From Candidatus Poribacteria bacterium (GTDB lineage: Bacteria; Poribacteria; WGA-4E; JAJDTR01): 64,000 nt of DNA. The position numbers and the translations under genes were made by a program. The notes under the pieces were generated by a model that saw nothing but the letters and a program-made list of their open reading frames with translations, was not told the origin of the DNA and did no database searches. The stretch is from positions 4,736,001-4,800,000 of the forward strand of contig CBDCTK010000002.1 of assembly GCA_965222225.1 (NCBI GenBank), read 5' to 3'. Shown piece by piece: positions 52,773 through 62,719 of this stretch (positions within the stretch are counted from its first letter, which is position 1; every line of letters starts with the position of its first letter).

Positions 52773-52882
52773 ATCTATTCTCCATGTGTTGGAAGATTTG
52801 AGTTTTCTTCAAGGGAAAAAGCTCGAATTCAATGTGGAGTCAAGGTGCTGTTAGCTAATGTGCTACCGGGCTTGTCGACGGG

Positions 52883-53419
52883 TTATCCAAAGGGCAAAAT
52901 CGCGCTAGTGGCATATCGCCAACCGCGGATTATTGAATCCGCGCGTGTTGACCATCGGTCATCCAGCACCGCACTCTTCTTGTCTTTTCCACCCGAAACT
53001 TTCAAAAAATTGCCCTTCCGATAGTTTTCGAGCGCCTGCCTAACATAAGGCACCATATTGACGGGTAACTCGTGGAAAGAATGCCAGGATAAATCATCAC
53101 ATTTGTCCGGCTCTGCGTTGACAATGCTTCCGTTCCATCTGGAGGCGGCAAGAAAGAAATCCATCCGTTCATCCTCTCCAATCCTGTGCATAACCCCGAC
53201 TACTTCGATGTCCGAGGGCTGAATTTCAATTCCCGCCTCTTCCTTCGCTTCTCGGATTGCCGCTGCCTTCACCTCCTCGTTACCGTCGATGTGACCGGCA
53301 ATCACGCTGTAATTCCCATCCTCATAACCGGTGTTAAAACGTCTCAAGAGCAGGACTTCATCCTCGTTGTTCGTAAGAAAAATATGCACCGTTGCAATCA
53401 ACTTGAATTTGTCAGGCAT
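52883..53419 (-). CDS. NUDIX hydrolase; C-terminus possibly extended by a poly-T frameshift near 53008
   Basis: GHIDGNEEVKAAAIREAKEEAG Nudix box; EPDKC. Confidence 0.88.
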   Translation of the reverse strand: MPDKFKLIATVHIFLTNNEDEVLLLRRFNTGYEDGNYSVIAGHIDGNEEVKAAAIREAKEEAGIEIQPSDIEVVGVMHRIGEDERMDFFLAASRWNGSIVNAEPDKCDDLSWHSFHELPVNMVPYVRQALENYRKGNFLKVSGGKDKKSAVLDDRWSTRADSIIRGWRYATSAILPFG

Positions 53420-53583
53420 CTTTGCGCCTCATAGACAAAGCACTTAATCAGGAAACGCGAATGGTGTAACACCTCGGCACATGCGTGCAACTCATCGCTC
53501 GTCAACCACCGCTCCCGTCGTTGCCATCCAACGTATTCACCGCCTGCCCTATGTAACGGTTGAACGCAGGACAACAATTCAAC

Positions 53584-53889
53584 TTATTTAGGCAATTTCT
53601 CCATCTGAAGGTGCATAGGATCGTCATTGACGACGACAAATCCCAGCCTCTTGTAGAAGGCAATGGCACGGGCGTTAATCTTTAGCACCCGAAGCATCAC
53701 GGGCTTTTGTTCTAGGTTAGCATTGTTGGCAATCCGTGTCATGCACGCTGATCCAATTCCTCTGCCTTGGTATTCGGGAAGGATGAACAACTGATGCAGC
53801 TTAACCGCCTCGGAAGTGCTAGACGTTGCAAAGAAACCAACGTCGGTGCCACAATACTCGATAATGCGGAAATCGTGTGAAGCAAACCT
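53584..53889 (-). pseudogene. GNAT acetyltransferase, 5'-truncated
   Basis: The frame extends upstream as RFASHDFRIIE...LHQLFILPEYQGRGIG...AIAFYKRLGF, with no intact N-terminus. Confidence 0.7.
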
Positions 53890-53979
53890 GGCGTTCTGTT
53901 ACCTTCAAACACCGCTTCAGATGAATTTTTTTTCTTGGTTGCTCAAGTCATGTTAAACGTCCGTGCGGATATGTTCTTT

Positions 53980-54324
53980 CTAAGGCATCTGAGTAAATGA
54001 AATCACGTGGGAATCGAAAAAACGTCCTTGGAATTCGGTCAACGCCCTAATCTTGTCTGCTCCATACCGGTCTACATACCGTGAGACAACCAATTTATTC
54101 TCGTTGTCATCATTGCGGAGGATGATTCCAATGACAACCCCTTCGTAGGAGTCGAGAGGCTCAAATTCCCCTAAAACGTAGGCATCAATCTCCTCTCCAT
54201 CCTCGGCGAGGGTACTGGGAATATACCCGTAGTTGACAGGATAGATGAATCCGTGTTCAGGATGCCTAGACCCCATAGGTCTGTCAATTATCACTTTTAC
54301 TTTGGAATTAGCACGATCCCACAT
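53980..54324 (-). CDS. Small inorganic pyrophosphatase-like protein
   Basis: YPVNYGYI, DGEEIDAYV, DDNENKL. Confidence 0.85.
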   Translation of the reverse strand: MWDRANSKVKVIIDRPMGSRHPEHGFIYPVNYGYIPSTLAEDGEEIDAYVLGEFEPLDSYEGVVIGIILRNDDNENKLVVSRYVDRYGADKIRALTEFQGRFFDSHVISFTQMP

Positions 54325-54421
54325 TGTGTATTATAATTACCAAACAACCTCTGTCAGTTGTGCGCCCGCACATGCGGAAGTCGAAACGTGTGAACGAAGC
54401 GCGGCGATAACCTCACTATTA

Positions 54422-55129
54422 TTAGCTGTGCAGTCTCCTGAGTTCGGGGTTTAGGCGAAATCCTTCTTCGCGCCTTCGCCCCACTTCTTCCCAAGTAGTG
54501 TCACACTCGACAAAACGTATCAAGACATCCTTTGCCCTGGAAAGAATGGGTTTCCCGTGACCGAAACATAAAGCATCGAACTCAAAATGTAGAAGACTCT
54601 TGAGGGAGAAGCGTGCTTTGGCGAGGTCTACAAGGTATGCCGGATCTTTGAATCCTAACTCCCCATCAGGAATACCGCAATCCTTCCTTCCGCCACTCAT
54701 AAGGTCCCCGACGATTAAAACACCATCCGGTATCAGATAAAAACTGACCTCCTCACGATGCCGAACATTTGGTACACGAACCGCCTCAATGAGATTCCAA
54801 AGCACATCGCTATCTTGAAATGTACCTGCGAACTCTATTTCGGCGCCCTGCATATGCTTCTCATAGAGCAGAACCTCACAACCCCATTTCTGCCTGAGTT
54901 GTGCAGAATTCCTCTCGTGATAGTCACAGGTCAATATTGTATGGGTCGGGACACCGAGCGCTTCCATTTGCTTGACCTCAGCATCTGAAAGAGGAAGGGG
55001 ATCAATCAAGGCTCTCACTTGTGACTGATCATCATGAACCAAGAAGCTGTTCCAAGGATAGGATTGATTTCGGGAAGCGCCGTGTATCTCGCTCCACGTA
55101 AGTAGATGAGGGGTCAATCGAAGCAACAT
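54422..55129 (-). CDS. Metallo-beta-lactamase-fold protein
   Basis: LIDP, ILTCDYHER, LIVGD, LCFGHG. Confidence 0.75.
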   Translation of the reverse strand: MLLRLTPHLLTWSEIHGASRNQSYPWNSFLVHDDQSQVRALIDPLPLSDAEVKQMEALGVPTHTILTCDYHERNSAQLRQKWGCEVLLYEKHMQGAEIEFAGTFQDSDVLWNLIEAVRVPNVRHREEVSFYLIPDGVLIVGDLMSGGRKDCGIPDGELGFKDPAYLVDLAKARFSLKSLLHFEFDALCFGHGKPILSRAKDVLIRFVECDTTWEEVGRRREEGFRLNPELRRLHS

Positions 55130-55270
55130 GATGGTCGCTCAAAGAAGAGAATCTGCCGGTCTTTTGCAAACAGTCTTCCTGCATTATGACTATTGCTTTC
55201 AAGCTAACGAATGCCAAGCGGCATGAAATGGAAGAACAACAAAAATCGTACTGGTGCATGAAGCGGTTTA

Positions 55271-55768
55271 TCAGGCTGTTGCGGTTTTCCCCTGTTTCAC
55301 GCGCTTCGAAATCCCAATCTCTTCTGGACATCCGGGGTTGTCTGTTTTCGATCGCTTTTACACGCTGAATCCGCGCTTCCGATAGAAACGCCTCGTTGAG
55401 TTGTAGGGTTCGTAGTCCACACTGTCCCCGAGTGTATAAGTTGCAAGTTCATCTATTCCCAAATCTCGCGCTTTCATTTCCGCGGCTGCTAGAAGCCTAG
55501 TGCCAATTCCCGGCTTATGAAATTTCCTGGCAACCCTAAGCCACCCGATGTGAAGCCGCCCCTCTGCCACGTACAGTGTCAAGAATCCCACCACCTTTTG
55601 GCCAGAAACTGAAACAAATCCCTCCTGATGACGTATGTCAACAGGGATTGATTTAGCCCTCGCAGTCTCGTCAAACCATTCAGGTAGGCTTTCCGCAACT
55701 GCGAGAATTCCAGGATGATGTTTCTCTTCCAAGGGTAGGATTTGGGTCAAGTTCGGTTGGTCTTGCAT
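55271..55768 (-). pseudogene. GNAT acetyltransferase with probable premature TAA at 55358-55360
   Basis: PGIGTRLL, RRFYRKRGF; the frame continues KRSKTDNPGCPEE...* to TGA 55271. Confidence 0.65.
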
Positions 55769-55926
55769 ATAGTCAAATTCATCTTGGGTGGTGAAATAAT
55801 GGTTATATTAATCCAGTATTTCAAATTACCAATCTGATGAACTAGGTTTCCTGAAGGGGCGACGCACAAATGTCGCGCAACGGCAACTGTCGATAGCGAT
55901 CGTTGCTGCCATCAACGGGAATTGCC

Positions 55927-56487
55927 TCAACTGCACTCTTTAGGATGATTGGCAAGCCACTCCCGCTTCGTCAGTTGAAATCCGCGGAACGGTTCATCCT
56001 TGAACTTGGGAATATCAGAGACATATTCACCGGTTTCCCGAAACCCGTTTTTTTCAAGCACACGCGCTGATGCGGGGTTTCGCCTCAGGCAATTCGATCG
56101 AACGATATCCATTCCGAGTTCGCAAAATGCGTAACGGAGCGCGAGCGCAACGGCATTGGTAGTAATTCCCTTGCCCCAGTGGGACACGGCAATTGCATAA
56201 CCACATTCGAGACTTCGATTTTCACGATCGATTGAACGAAGGTCGAGAGCTCCAATCAGCTCGCTATCAGCAAGGATGGCAAAGTAAAACGCCTCCCTAT
56301 TTGCATGCGCTTCAACTGCCTCCTTGACAAAGGCCTCACCGCCATCTGGGGGATAGGGTTGGGGGATTGTCGTCATGCGAGCCACGCGTTCATCCGACGC
56401 GTAGCGTTGTACTGCTTCGGCATCGCCAAGCTGCAATGGACGTATTGTAACCTCTGGTTTAGTTATCATGATTTGTGCATCGTGCAC
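55927..56487 (-). CDS. GNAT acetyltransferase, RimJ/RimL type
   Basis: ECGY..HWGKG, NPASARVLEKNGF. Confidence 0.9.
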   Translation of the reverse strand: MHDAQIMITKPEVTIRPLQLGDAEAVQRYASDERVARMTTIPQPYPPDGGEAFVKEAVEAHANREAFYFAILADSELIGALDLRSIDRENRSLECGYAIAVSHWGKGITTNAVALALRYAFCELGMDIVRSNCLRRNPASARVLEKNGFRETGEYVSDIPKFKDEPFRGFQLTKREWLANHPKECS

Positions 56488-56506
56488 CTAGAGATACTCT
56501 TGGCAC

Positions 56507-57123
56507 TTACCTAGGACGGTAATCTTCCTTCTTTACCATGTATTTCGTCTGTACAAATCCAAAGTCGAAAACGGTCGTACGCATGTGGACCAAGCTAATG
56601 CTTTTCTCTAAAGAGCCGAAGAGCGGTGTCCCGCCCCCAAGGATAATGGGGATTATCGTCCCCGGGATTTCATCGACCAAACCCACGGAAAGACACCGTT
56701 GAATTGTAATTCCGCCATCAACGTATACACGCTCCGCCCCTTCATCTGGGAGCCTTTTTCGAGGAGATCCTGTGGTGCGTCCGATGAATGCGTGACAGTT
56801 TTCAGCACATTTGGCGGTAGAGAGATCGCGTTACGACTCGGAACAACAACTGGCTTCCCCTCATGAGGCGATTCACCGAAGGACAATACCGTTTCATAGG
56901 TTTTTCTACCCATGATGATTGTGTCGACCGAGCCCAAGAACGTCTTGAAGCCGCAATCTTAGTCAGTCGGAATGACAGCGTTTGATGGAATCTCTATCGC
57001 AATCGCTATTCGCTCATTTGATCTATCCACTCGCTTAATCGTCAACCAGTCGAGGTCGCCGTCTTTCCCAGGGATGAACCCATCCAAACTAGTTGCGATG
57101 TAGGCGAATACTCTGACGGGCAT
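56507..57123 (-). pseudogene. Dihydrofolate reductase/RibD-C family pseudogene
   Basis: MPVRVFAYIATSLDGFI..DLDWL, interrupted by a repeat at 56989-57040, then an in-frame TAA, MGRKTYE, a frameshift, and VYVDGG..IQ..PIILGGG.PLF. Confidence 0.85.
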
Positions 57124-57300
57124 TTGATTCGATTTCAACCTCGAAGCTTCAAATTAAGCAAGTTTCAATATAAAAAGTTTACGGAATTAGTAGCTTGTAG
57201 CTTTTAGACTGACGACAAACATAAAACTTGGTACCCTGTCGTAAATCTTTTCGTCACACGTAGATGTCCATAGTGACTATTCTTCTCGTAGGAGTTTGCT

Positions 57301-58155
57301 ATGGACATTTTGAATCTTATGAAAGAGTTTCCAAATCAAGAATCTTGTCTCAGATTTATAGAGGAAAAACGTTGGAAGGACGGTGTTTGCTGTATCCACT
57401 GTGGCAGTGAAAAAGTTGGACGCAAGAACAAAAACGACATTACTACTGGTTGGAATTGCTACGATTGTGAATCTAGCTTTTCGGCTACAGCAGGAACCAT
57501 CTTCCATGGTACCAAGATACCTCTCCAGAAATGGTTTTTGGCTATCTCAATTCTTTCCAATGCCAAGAAAAGCATATCGAGTTGTCAGCTTGCTCGTGAC
57601 TTGGACATGAATCAAAAGTCCGCTTGGTATATGGCAATGCGCCTCCGTGAGAAAATGAGTGATAGTGATGAATTGCTGAAAGGGATAGTTGAAGCGGACG
57701 AAACCTATGTCGGCGGCAAACCCAGAGCAAAATCTAAGAGAGGTAGAGGCACAAATAAATCTCCCGTCATCGGCGTAGTCGAGAGAGGCGGTCGGGTGGT
57801 TGCTAAATTCATGAAGGTTCTATCTGGTGAAAATATCAGAGAATTCATCCTTAGCAATGTCTCACCCGATGAGTCTATTCTTATGACTGATGAATTTCGC
57901 TCTTACAATAGTCTGGACGAAGATATCGAAAGACATGTTATCCATCACCAAGAGAGATATGTTTCTGAGGACGGCGTAACTCACACCAACACCATCGAGT
58001 CGTTTTGGGCTTGTGTCAAGAGGTCATTCTACGGAACGCATCATCACTACAGCAAGAAGTGGCTGCCACTGTATATCATGGAGTCTTGCTGGAAATATAA
58101 TCGCAGAAAAGATGATGAGATTTTCATAAGATTTTTTGATGAATGCTTCACCTGA
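57301..58155 (+). mobile_element. IS1595-family transposase; element ends not resolved
   Basis: Zn ribbon CIHCG..CYDC, GTIFH, VEADETY, TDE, HTNTIESFW. Confidence 0.93.
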
Positions 58156-58732
58156 GCCACATGAATTGTTTGGCTATCGGTATATTCTGTCAACGACAAC
58201 ATCATGGTGTGCTGAAAATCCCATAGTGTTGGAAATTAAAATCCCGCAGATAACCCGCAATGCTCCCGCGAGCATGTACAAACGCTTGGTCAACATGATA
58301 TGCCTCCATTTCTCTCTTATAGAGATGTATTTTAGTGTGAATCAAGATTCCGAACACTGTCTAAAATGATTGTACATTAAGAAGAGAAAAGCAAGCAAAT
58401 CGACCAAAAAGCAGTTAACTACTAAGTCCCAAAGTTTATCTTCCGCATCGACTAGGAAGAATGGAAGCAGACCCGTATTGCAAACATGCTGCTCCTCTGG
58501 AGCGAAAGAACGGAAGCCAATAGCTGGATAAGAAGTTGCTTGATTTGTCAATCCAGCAGGAGCGGTCGGTAGCCGGTGCGCTGTGGTCTTTGTCAAAATG
58601 TAAAATTCATCATTGAAAATTGCTTAAGAGTTTTGCGAAAATTGCCCATTAACCGGCACTGTCGCTGTCCACAGTGTCACCTCGAATGGTACTTCTATGT
58701 CCGACCGTGAATCTCCCTCACATTTATAATGG

Positions 58733-59134
58733 TTAAGCAGCCAGCACAGTCAACCAATATACGTACGTAGTATAAGCCAATCCGGATACTGTCATGACGC
58801 ATGCGACAGTTTTCATCACGGGACTTAGCCAACCTGTCTTGGTAAGGTGAAACGCGACGTGATTCAGTAGCAGCATCAACACCACCGCGAGGTTTATGAC
58901 TGTGATGTGTCGGTCAGAAATGTATTGCCGGACATATAAGTGAATAATGACGTTAACACCAAGTAGACAGAGAATTATCGCCAAGAATCCATATTTCCAC
59001 ACAGCCCCAATTAGGTCGGTTATCTTCGTTTCTTTGCCTTTTCGGACGATTTCTCTAACTATCCGATGTTTCCTCTCTTGATCGTCAATCTTGATCTGTA
59101 GTTGCCGTTTTTCTGCCTCGGTGAACTGCCTCAT
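58733..59134 (-). CDS. Small membrane protein (paralog A)
   Basis: MRQFTEAEKRQLQ; three TM-like segments. Confidence 0.75.
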   Translation of the reverse strand: MRQFTEAEKRQLQIKIDDQERKHRIVREIVRKGKETKITDLIGAVWKYGFLAIILCLLGVNVIIHLYVRQYISDRHITVINLAVVLMLLLNHVAFHLTKTGWLSPVMKTVACVMTVSGLAYTTYVYWLTVLAA

Positions 59135-59191
59135 GAGAGTCGCTCTCCTCGTATGTGCTGTCCAACAATCAATCGTCCTTGATACACTCCT

Positions 59192-59572
59192 TCACGCTCC
59201 TACCAATGTAACCGTTAGTTTGGTTGCAAATCTGATCCAGACTTGGTAAGCAACATAGGCGAGTACCAAGACTATGGAAACCCATTCAACTGTCTTCAAA
59301 AGGCGTTTCTTCCAACCCTGTTTAGCGAAGTGGGTTGCAATATGATCGAGTAGAGCCAACAGTGTAATTACGAGGATGTAGAATTGTTCATGCACAAAAC
59401 TTCGAAAAAACAGGAGGATAATCACGTTGAATGCGACTGCGAAAAGAATAAATGCCAAAGGCCAATATTTCGCGTTAGGTGATTCGCTTTCAGATCCCCT
59501 AAGTCGCCGTTCTTGTTGGTCTCTTATCTTGGATTGGAGTTGCTGTTTTTCAGCCTCGGTGAACTCGCGCAT
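59192..59572 (-). CDS. Small membrane protein (paralog B)
   Basis: MREFTEAEKQQLQ; shares L.H.A.H..K.GW....KTV with paralog A. Confidence 0.75.
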   Translation of the reverse strand: MREFTEAEKQQLQSKIRDQQERRLRGSESESPNAKYWPLAFILFAVAFNVIILLFFRSFVHEQFYILVITLLALLDHIATHFAKQGWKKRLLKTVEWVSIVLVLAYVAYQVWIRFATKLTVTLVGA

Positions 59573-59709
59573 GAGGACTCAGCCTCTCTCATACTGTAGT
59601 CACGGATTGACGGAAGATGAAAAATGCCATGCCCCTGCGTTCTAACGGGCCTAATTGACCACTAACAGTATACGCATTCGATAGTGTCAGGTGCGAAAGT
59701 CCCGTAAGT

Positions 59710-60813
59710 CTACTCCGTAGAGTAATATTTATCCAAAGCGGCTAGATTCACCAACTCCTGTTTAAGAATTAACACATCTGCAAATCTCTGAGGAGCGGCT
59801 CCATGCCGTTTGATTGGCTTAAAAATGTGAATTTTGGAAACTCTAGAATTGCCATCGTAATCAAAATGAATACCCTCATTCCAGTACCAATGTGCCTCGC
59901 CATTTTCTTTAATCTCTTCGGCCGTCCCAAATTCTTCTTCCACACGTTCGCGGGCGCTTCCCACACCGATACGCCCCGCGGTTTTTGCTTTATTGGGCTT
60001 CCTGATAAACAGACTCTCGACAAGATCGATACCATCGACGAAACCAGATATACCAATATCAGGTTCCCAATAAGCAAAAAAGGATTCATCACGATTGCTC
60101 GGTTTCCCATACATCGCTTTAACTTTGACAAAAGAATCTCCCAACTTAATGCCAGCGGCTTGTTTTCCCTCCACAATCAAGGAGTGAATAACCCTGACAG
60201 TTATCGATTTGGCGGCGGGTTCGTTTATGCCATCGCTAATGTGTAGCGTGACTGTAATTGAACCCATCTCAATCGGGACAGTCCATGTCGGCGTGTGTGT
60301 TGTCTCCGAACTGAGCACGCCCGCCTCCACGTCCCAGTTGTAAGTCAGCGTATCCCCATCAGCATCATTAGTCTTGGCTTGAAGTTGTAGACTGCTACCC
60401 GCATGAACACTCTCCGGAATAACGATTTCCGTGACAACAGGCGCAGAATTTTGGAGGTTGATGGGGATTTTTCTTGATTTGACAGTCGGTTTGTTCACAC
60501 CATCATTGACAGAGACTTTCACGATTGCCCATTTTGCGTCTGAAGGGACGGTCCAGTTCACGGTGCGCTCTGTCCTTGTGTCAAGTTATCCATTTTCTAC
60601 TTCCCACACATAGTTCAAAATATCGCCATCTATGTCTCGTGCCAAAACTTGCAATTCGACGCTATCACCTGGGTTGACCATTTCCGGAACAATTAGATAA
60701 TCAATAACGGGAGGGCTATTGCCGCGTCCATCTAGACTCTCGCCATCTCCACATCCAATAATTACGGTTAACAGGCAAAACAATAATATCCATCGTATGA
60801 CAGTTTGCTTCAT
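59710..60813 (-). pseudogene. Lipoprotein with two Ig/PKD-like repeats, split by an in-frame TAA at 60586-60588
   Basis: Lipobox IIGC; two N..P...D.DGD.L.Y.W repeats. The two ORF-track pieces are in the same frame (ENG*LDTRTERTVNW). Confidence 0.8.
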
Positions 60814-61012
60814 TGTGCCAGTTCCTCCAGAGAAAGAAGTCTGTTAAAACAACAAGAATCAAACCGCGGGCAAAACCCTTCTAACCGGGGTTAGCGAAAA
60901 CCATCAAGCACAGTGTTCACAATTTTTTTAAGTGAATTGACAGATAGGAATATGGGAGAGGTTTATGAACGAACGCCGCAACTGAAAACCGACAATCAAA
61001 CGGGACGGTTGG

Positions 61013-61735
61013 TCAGAAAATCCTTGGATAGAGTGAGATACCACTTGCTACGACTGTCGTGAGAATCCCCACCGCCGCGAGCAGATACAATGCAAACGGA
61101 ATCATACTTGGACGCACAGATGCGGCGTGAAAATACTGGTTCATCCCATCGCTGATTTCTGTTAGCAAGGGATAATGCTCGTCTTGCTTGACTGCGATAT
61201 GGACTGCCCCTATCCTCATAGATATTTGCAGGTCGGCTTCAACAGATGTCAACTTTATGTGTCTTTTTGAGAGAAAGGATGTAGGCCTTCTAATCGAAAA
61301 GGGCTCTTCGTAAGACAACTGCAACTCTTCGAGCGTTGCTATTAGCGCTTCACGGAATGGCGCGTATGTCGCGCCGAATGCCGTGTAACCCTTCATCCAT
61401 ACAATCAGAAGGCTACACACGGCTATCACAAGGCTACACACGGATAAAGGAAGGGAGGATTGACTCGTGGATAAGCCTGGAGGAAAGCAGGTTATATAGA
61501 AACAATAAATAACAGCCGCAAAGAGCAAGGGAATGCAAATAGCGAGTAATGCTGGACCAAACCACCCCATCGAAATTAGGAAAGGCCGCCGCGTTTTGAA
61601 TCCTCGAATCGCAACCACAAGGATGGGAACTGCCACGATTCCAAGTAGAAAAAGGAGCAACACAAAAGAGAATAAATATGGTTTCACGATTCTGTTCCTC
61701 TTATCGTTCCGACCCGATGAGGTTAGGTTGTCCAC
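61013..61735 (-). CDS. Hypothetical membrane protein
   Basis: Several hydrophobic segments; start uncertain. Confidence 0.65.
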   Translation of the reverse strand: MDNLTSSGRNDKRNRIVKPYLFSFVLLLFLLGIVAVPILVVAIRGFKTRRPFLISMGWFGPALLAICIPLLFAAVIYCFYITCFPPGLSTSQSSLPLSVCSLVIAVCSLLIVWMKGYTAFGATYAPFREALIATLEELQLSYEEPFSIRRPTSFLSKRHIKLTSVEADLQISMRIGAVHIAVKQDEHYPLLTEISDGMNQYFHAASVRPSMIPFALYLLAAVGILTTVVASGISLYPRIF

Positions 61736-61916
61736 AATGCACGGTCGAGTCGAGAAATTTGAGGTGTTGGACGTACGCCTTTCTCTGGCATGTGTCCAAC
61801 CCCCAAGACCTCGATTCCTCAGGCGTCAACCACATAATTCACGTGGAGATACTTTATCGACGCGAGCAATCGTCGGAGTGGCACACCTACGAATGCTCGC
61901 ATCTCCCTAACAGGTT

Positions 61917-62258
61917 TTAATTCTCCACCGTAGCATCGAACCCAGCATCTGTAACGGCAGCCGCCAATGTGTCAGCGGCAACTTTTCCGGACTCAACCTT
62001 TACGACGGCTTTGTTCGGAAGCGAAACAGCCGCATCGGTAACGCCAGCAATTTCAGAAAGTACAGCCTGCACTTTCGAAACGCACGCGCCTCACGTCATG
62101 TTCGATACGGACAACGTAATCTCCTCCACTGCGGTAACCGGTGATTGTTGTGTTTGAGGAGTTTCGGTTTTCTCAGTGCTCGCTTTCTTTTCCGACTGAC
62201 ATCCAAGTACCACAACAATCGTGAAAATGCAGCCCAACAGCACTCTCGTGATACGCAT
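61917..62258 (-). CDS. HMA (MerP/CopZ-like) lipoprotein, probable selenoprotein (UGA at 62091-62093, motif MT-U-GAC), 113 aa
   Basis: AAGGAGG RBS; lipobox VLGC; ITLSVSNMT*GACVSKVQAVLSEIAGV...AVTDAGFDA; SECIS-like hairpin downstream of the UGA. Absent from the ORF track. Confidence 0.85.
62056..62076 (-). promoter_or_regulatory. Bacterial SECIS-like hairpin
   Basis: GAAAGUGCA-GGC-UGUACUUUC; first loop G is 24 nt after the UGA. Confidence 0.75.
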
Positions 62259-62302
62259 TTATTTCCACCTCCTTTCGAAAAGAATCAAATTTGACACCTA
62301 AA

Positions 62303-62662
62303 TCAGTTGGCAGCCTTGGCGCCAAATCCCGCGCCTTCCACAGCGGCAGTTAGGTCGGCAGTAGCGACCTTTCCGGTTTCGACGTTAACGGTAGCTGTCT
62401 GCAGGTTAACGTTCACATTGGTGACTCCGGGGAGGTTGGTAAGTGCAGCCTGCACTTTAGCTACGCAGCCTCCTCACGTAACACCTGTGAGATTCAATGT
62501 TACTTCCTCTACTTTCGCTGCTGCCGCGGCTCGATCGGGTTTTGCCGTTTCTAGTACCTGTGCCGGCGCCGGTGACGCCTCGGGAGCTACCAATTTCTTA
62601 CTGCATCCCGTTACGACTACCGTTGCGGCAAAGCAGATTAGTAATGCCCTCATAATACGCAT
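62303..62662 (-). CDS. HMA (MerP/CopZ-like) lipoprotein, probable selenoprotein (UGA at 62474-62476, motif VT-U-GGC), 119 aa
   Basis: Lipobox VTGC; VTLNLTGVT*GGCVAKVQAALTNLPGV...AVEGAGFGA. The ORF track stops at the UGA. Confidence 0.85.
62441..62457 (-). promoter_or_regulatory. Bacterial SECIS-like hairpin
   Basis: AAGUGCA-GGC-UGCACUU; first loop G is 24 nt after the UGA. Confidence 0.75.
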
Positions 62663-62719
62663 TTTGATTCACCTTCTTTCCAAAATAGCGATTTAAATCC
62701 CGTGTCGGGATTTTGTTTG

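Noticed and set aside
57253-58680. IS1595 terminal repeats (GTAGATGTCCATAGTG near 57260 and GTCGCTGTCCACAGTG near 58660)
   Set aside because: The two similar segments are in direct, not inverted, orientation, so element ends could not be assigned.
60586-60588. In-frame stops at 60586 and 55358 as recoding events
   Set aside because: Both are TAA with no SECIS-like context, in a region with other broken genes. Nonsense mutation or sequence error is simpler.
61859-61903. Hairpin downstream of the HMA pair as an intrinsic terminator or ncRNA
   Set aside because: The stem is real but there is no U-tract on the coding strand and no second copy, so no function can be supported.
62303-62305. Terminal TGA of the second HMA gene as another Sec codon
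   Set aside because: The domain is complete, the position matches the TAA stop of the paralog, and no SECIS-like hairpin follows.
62307-62696. Plus-strand Ala-rich ORFs 62307-62696 and 61969-62157
   Set aside because: Antisense shadows of the UGA-containing HMA genes.
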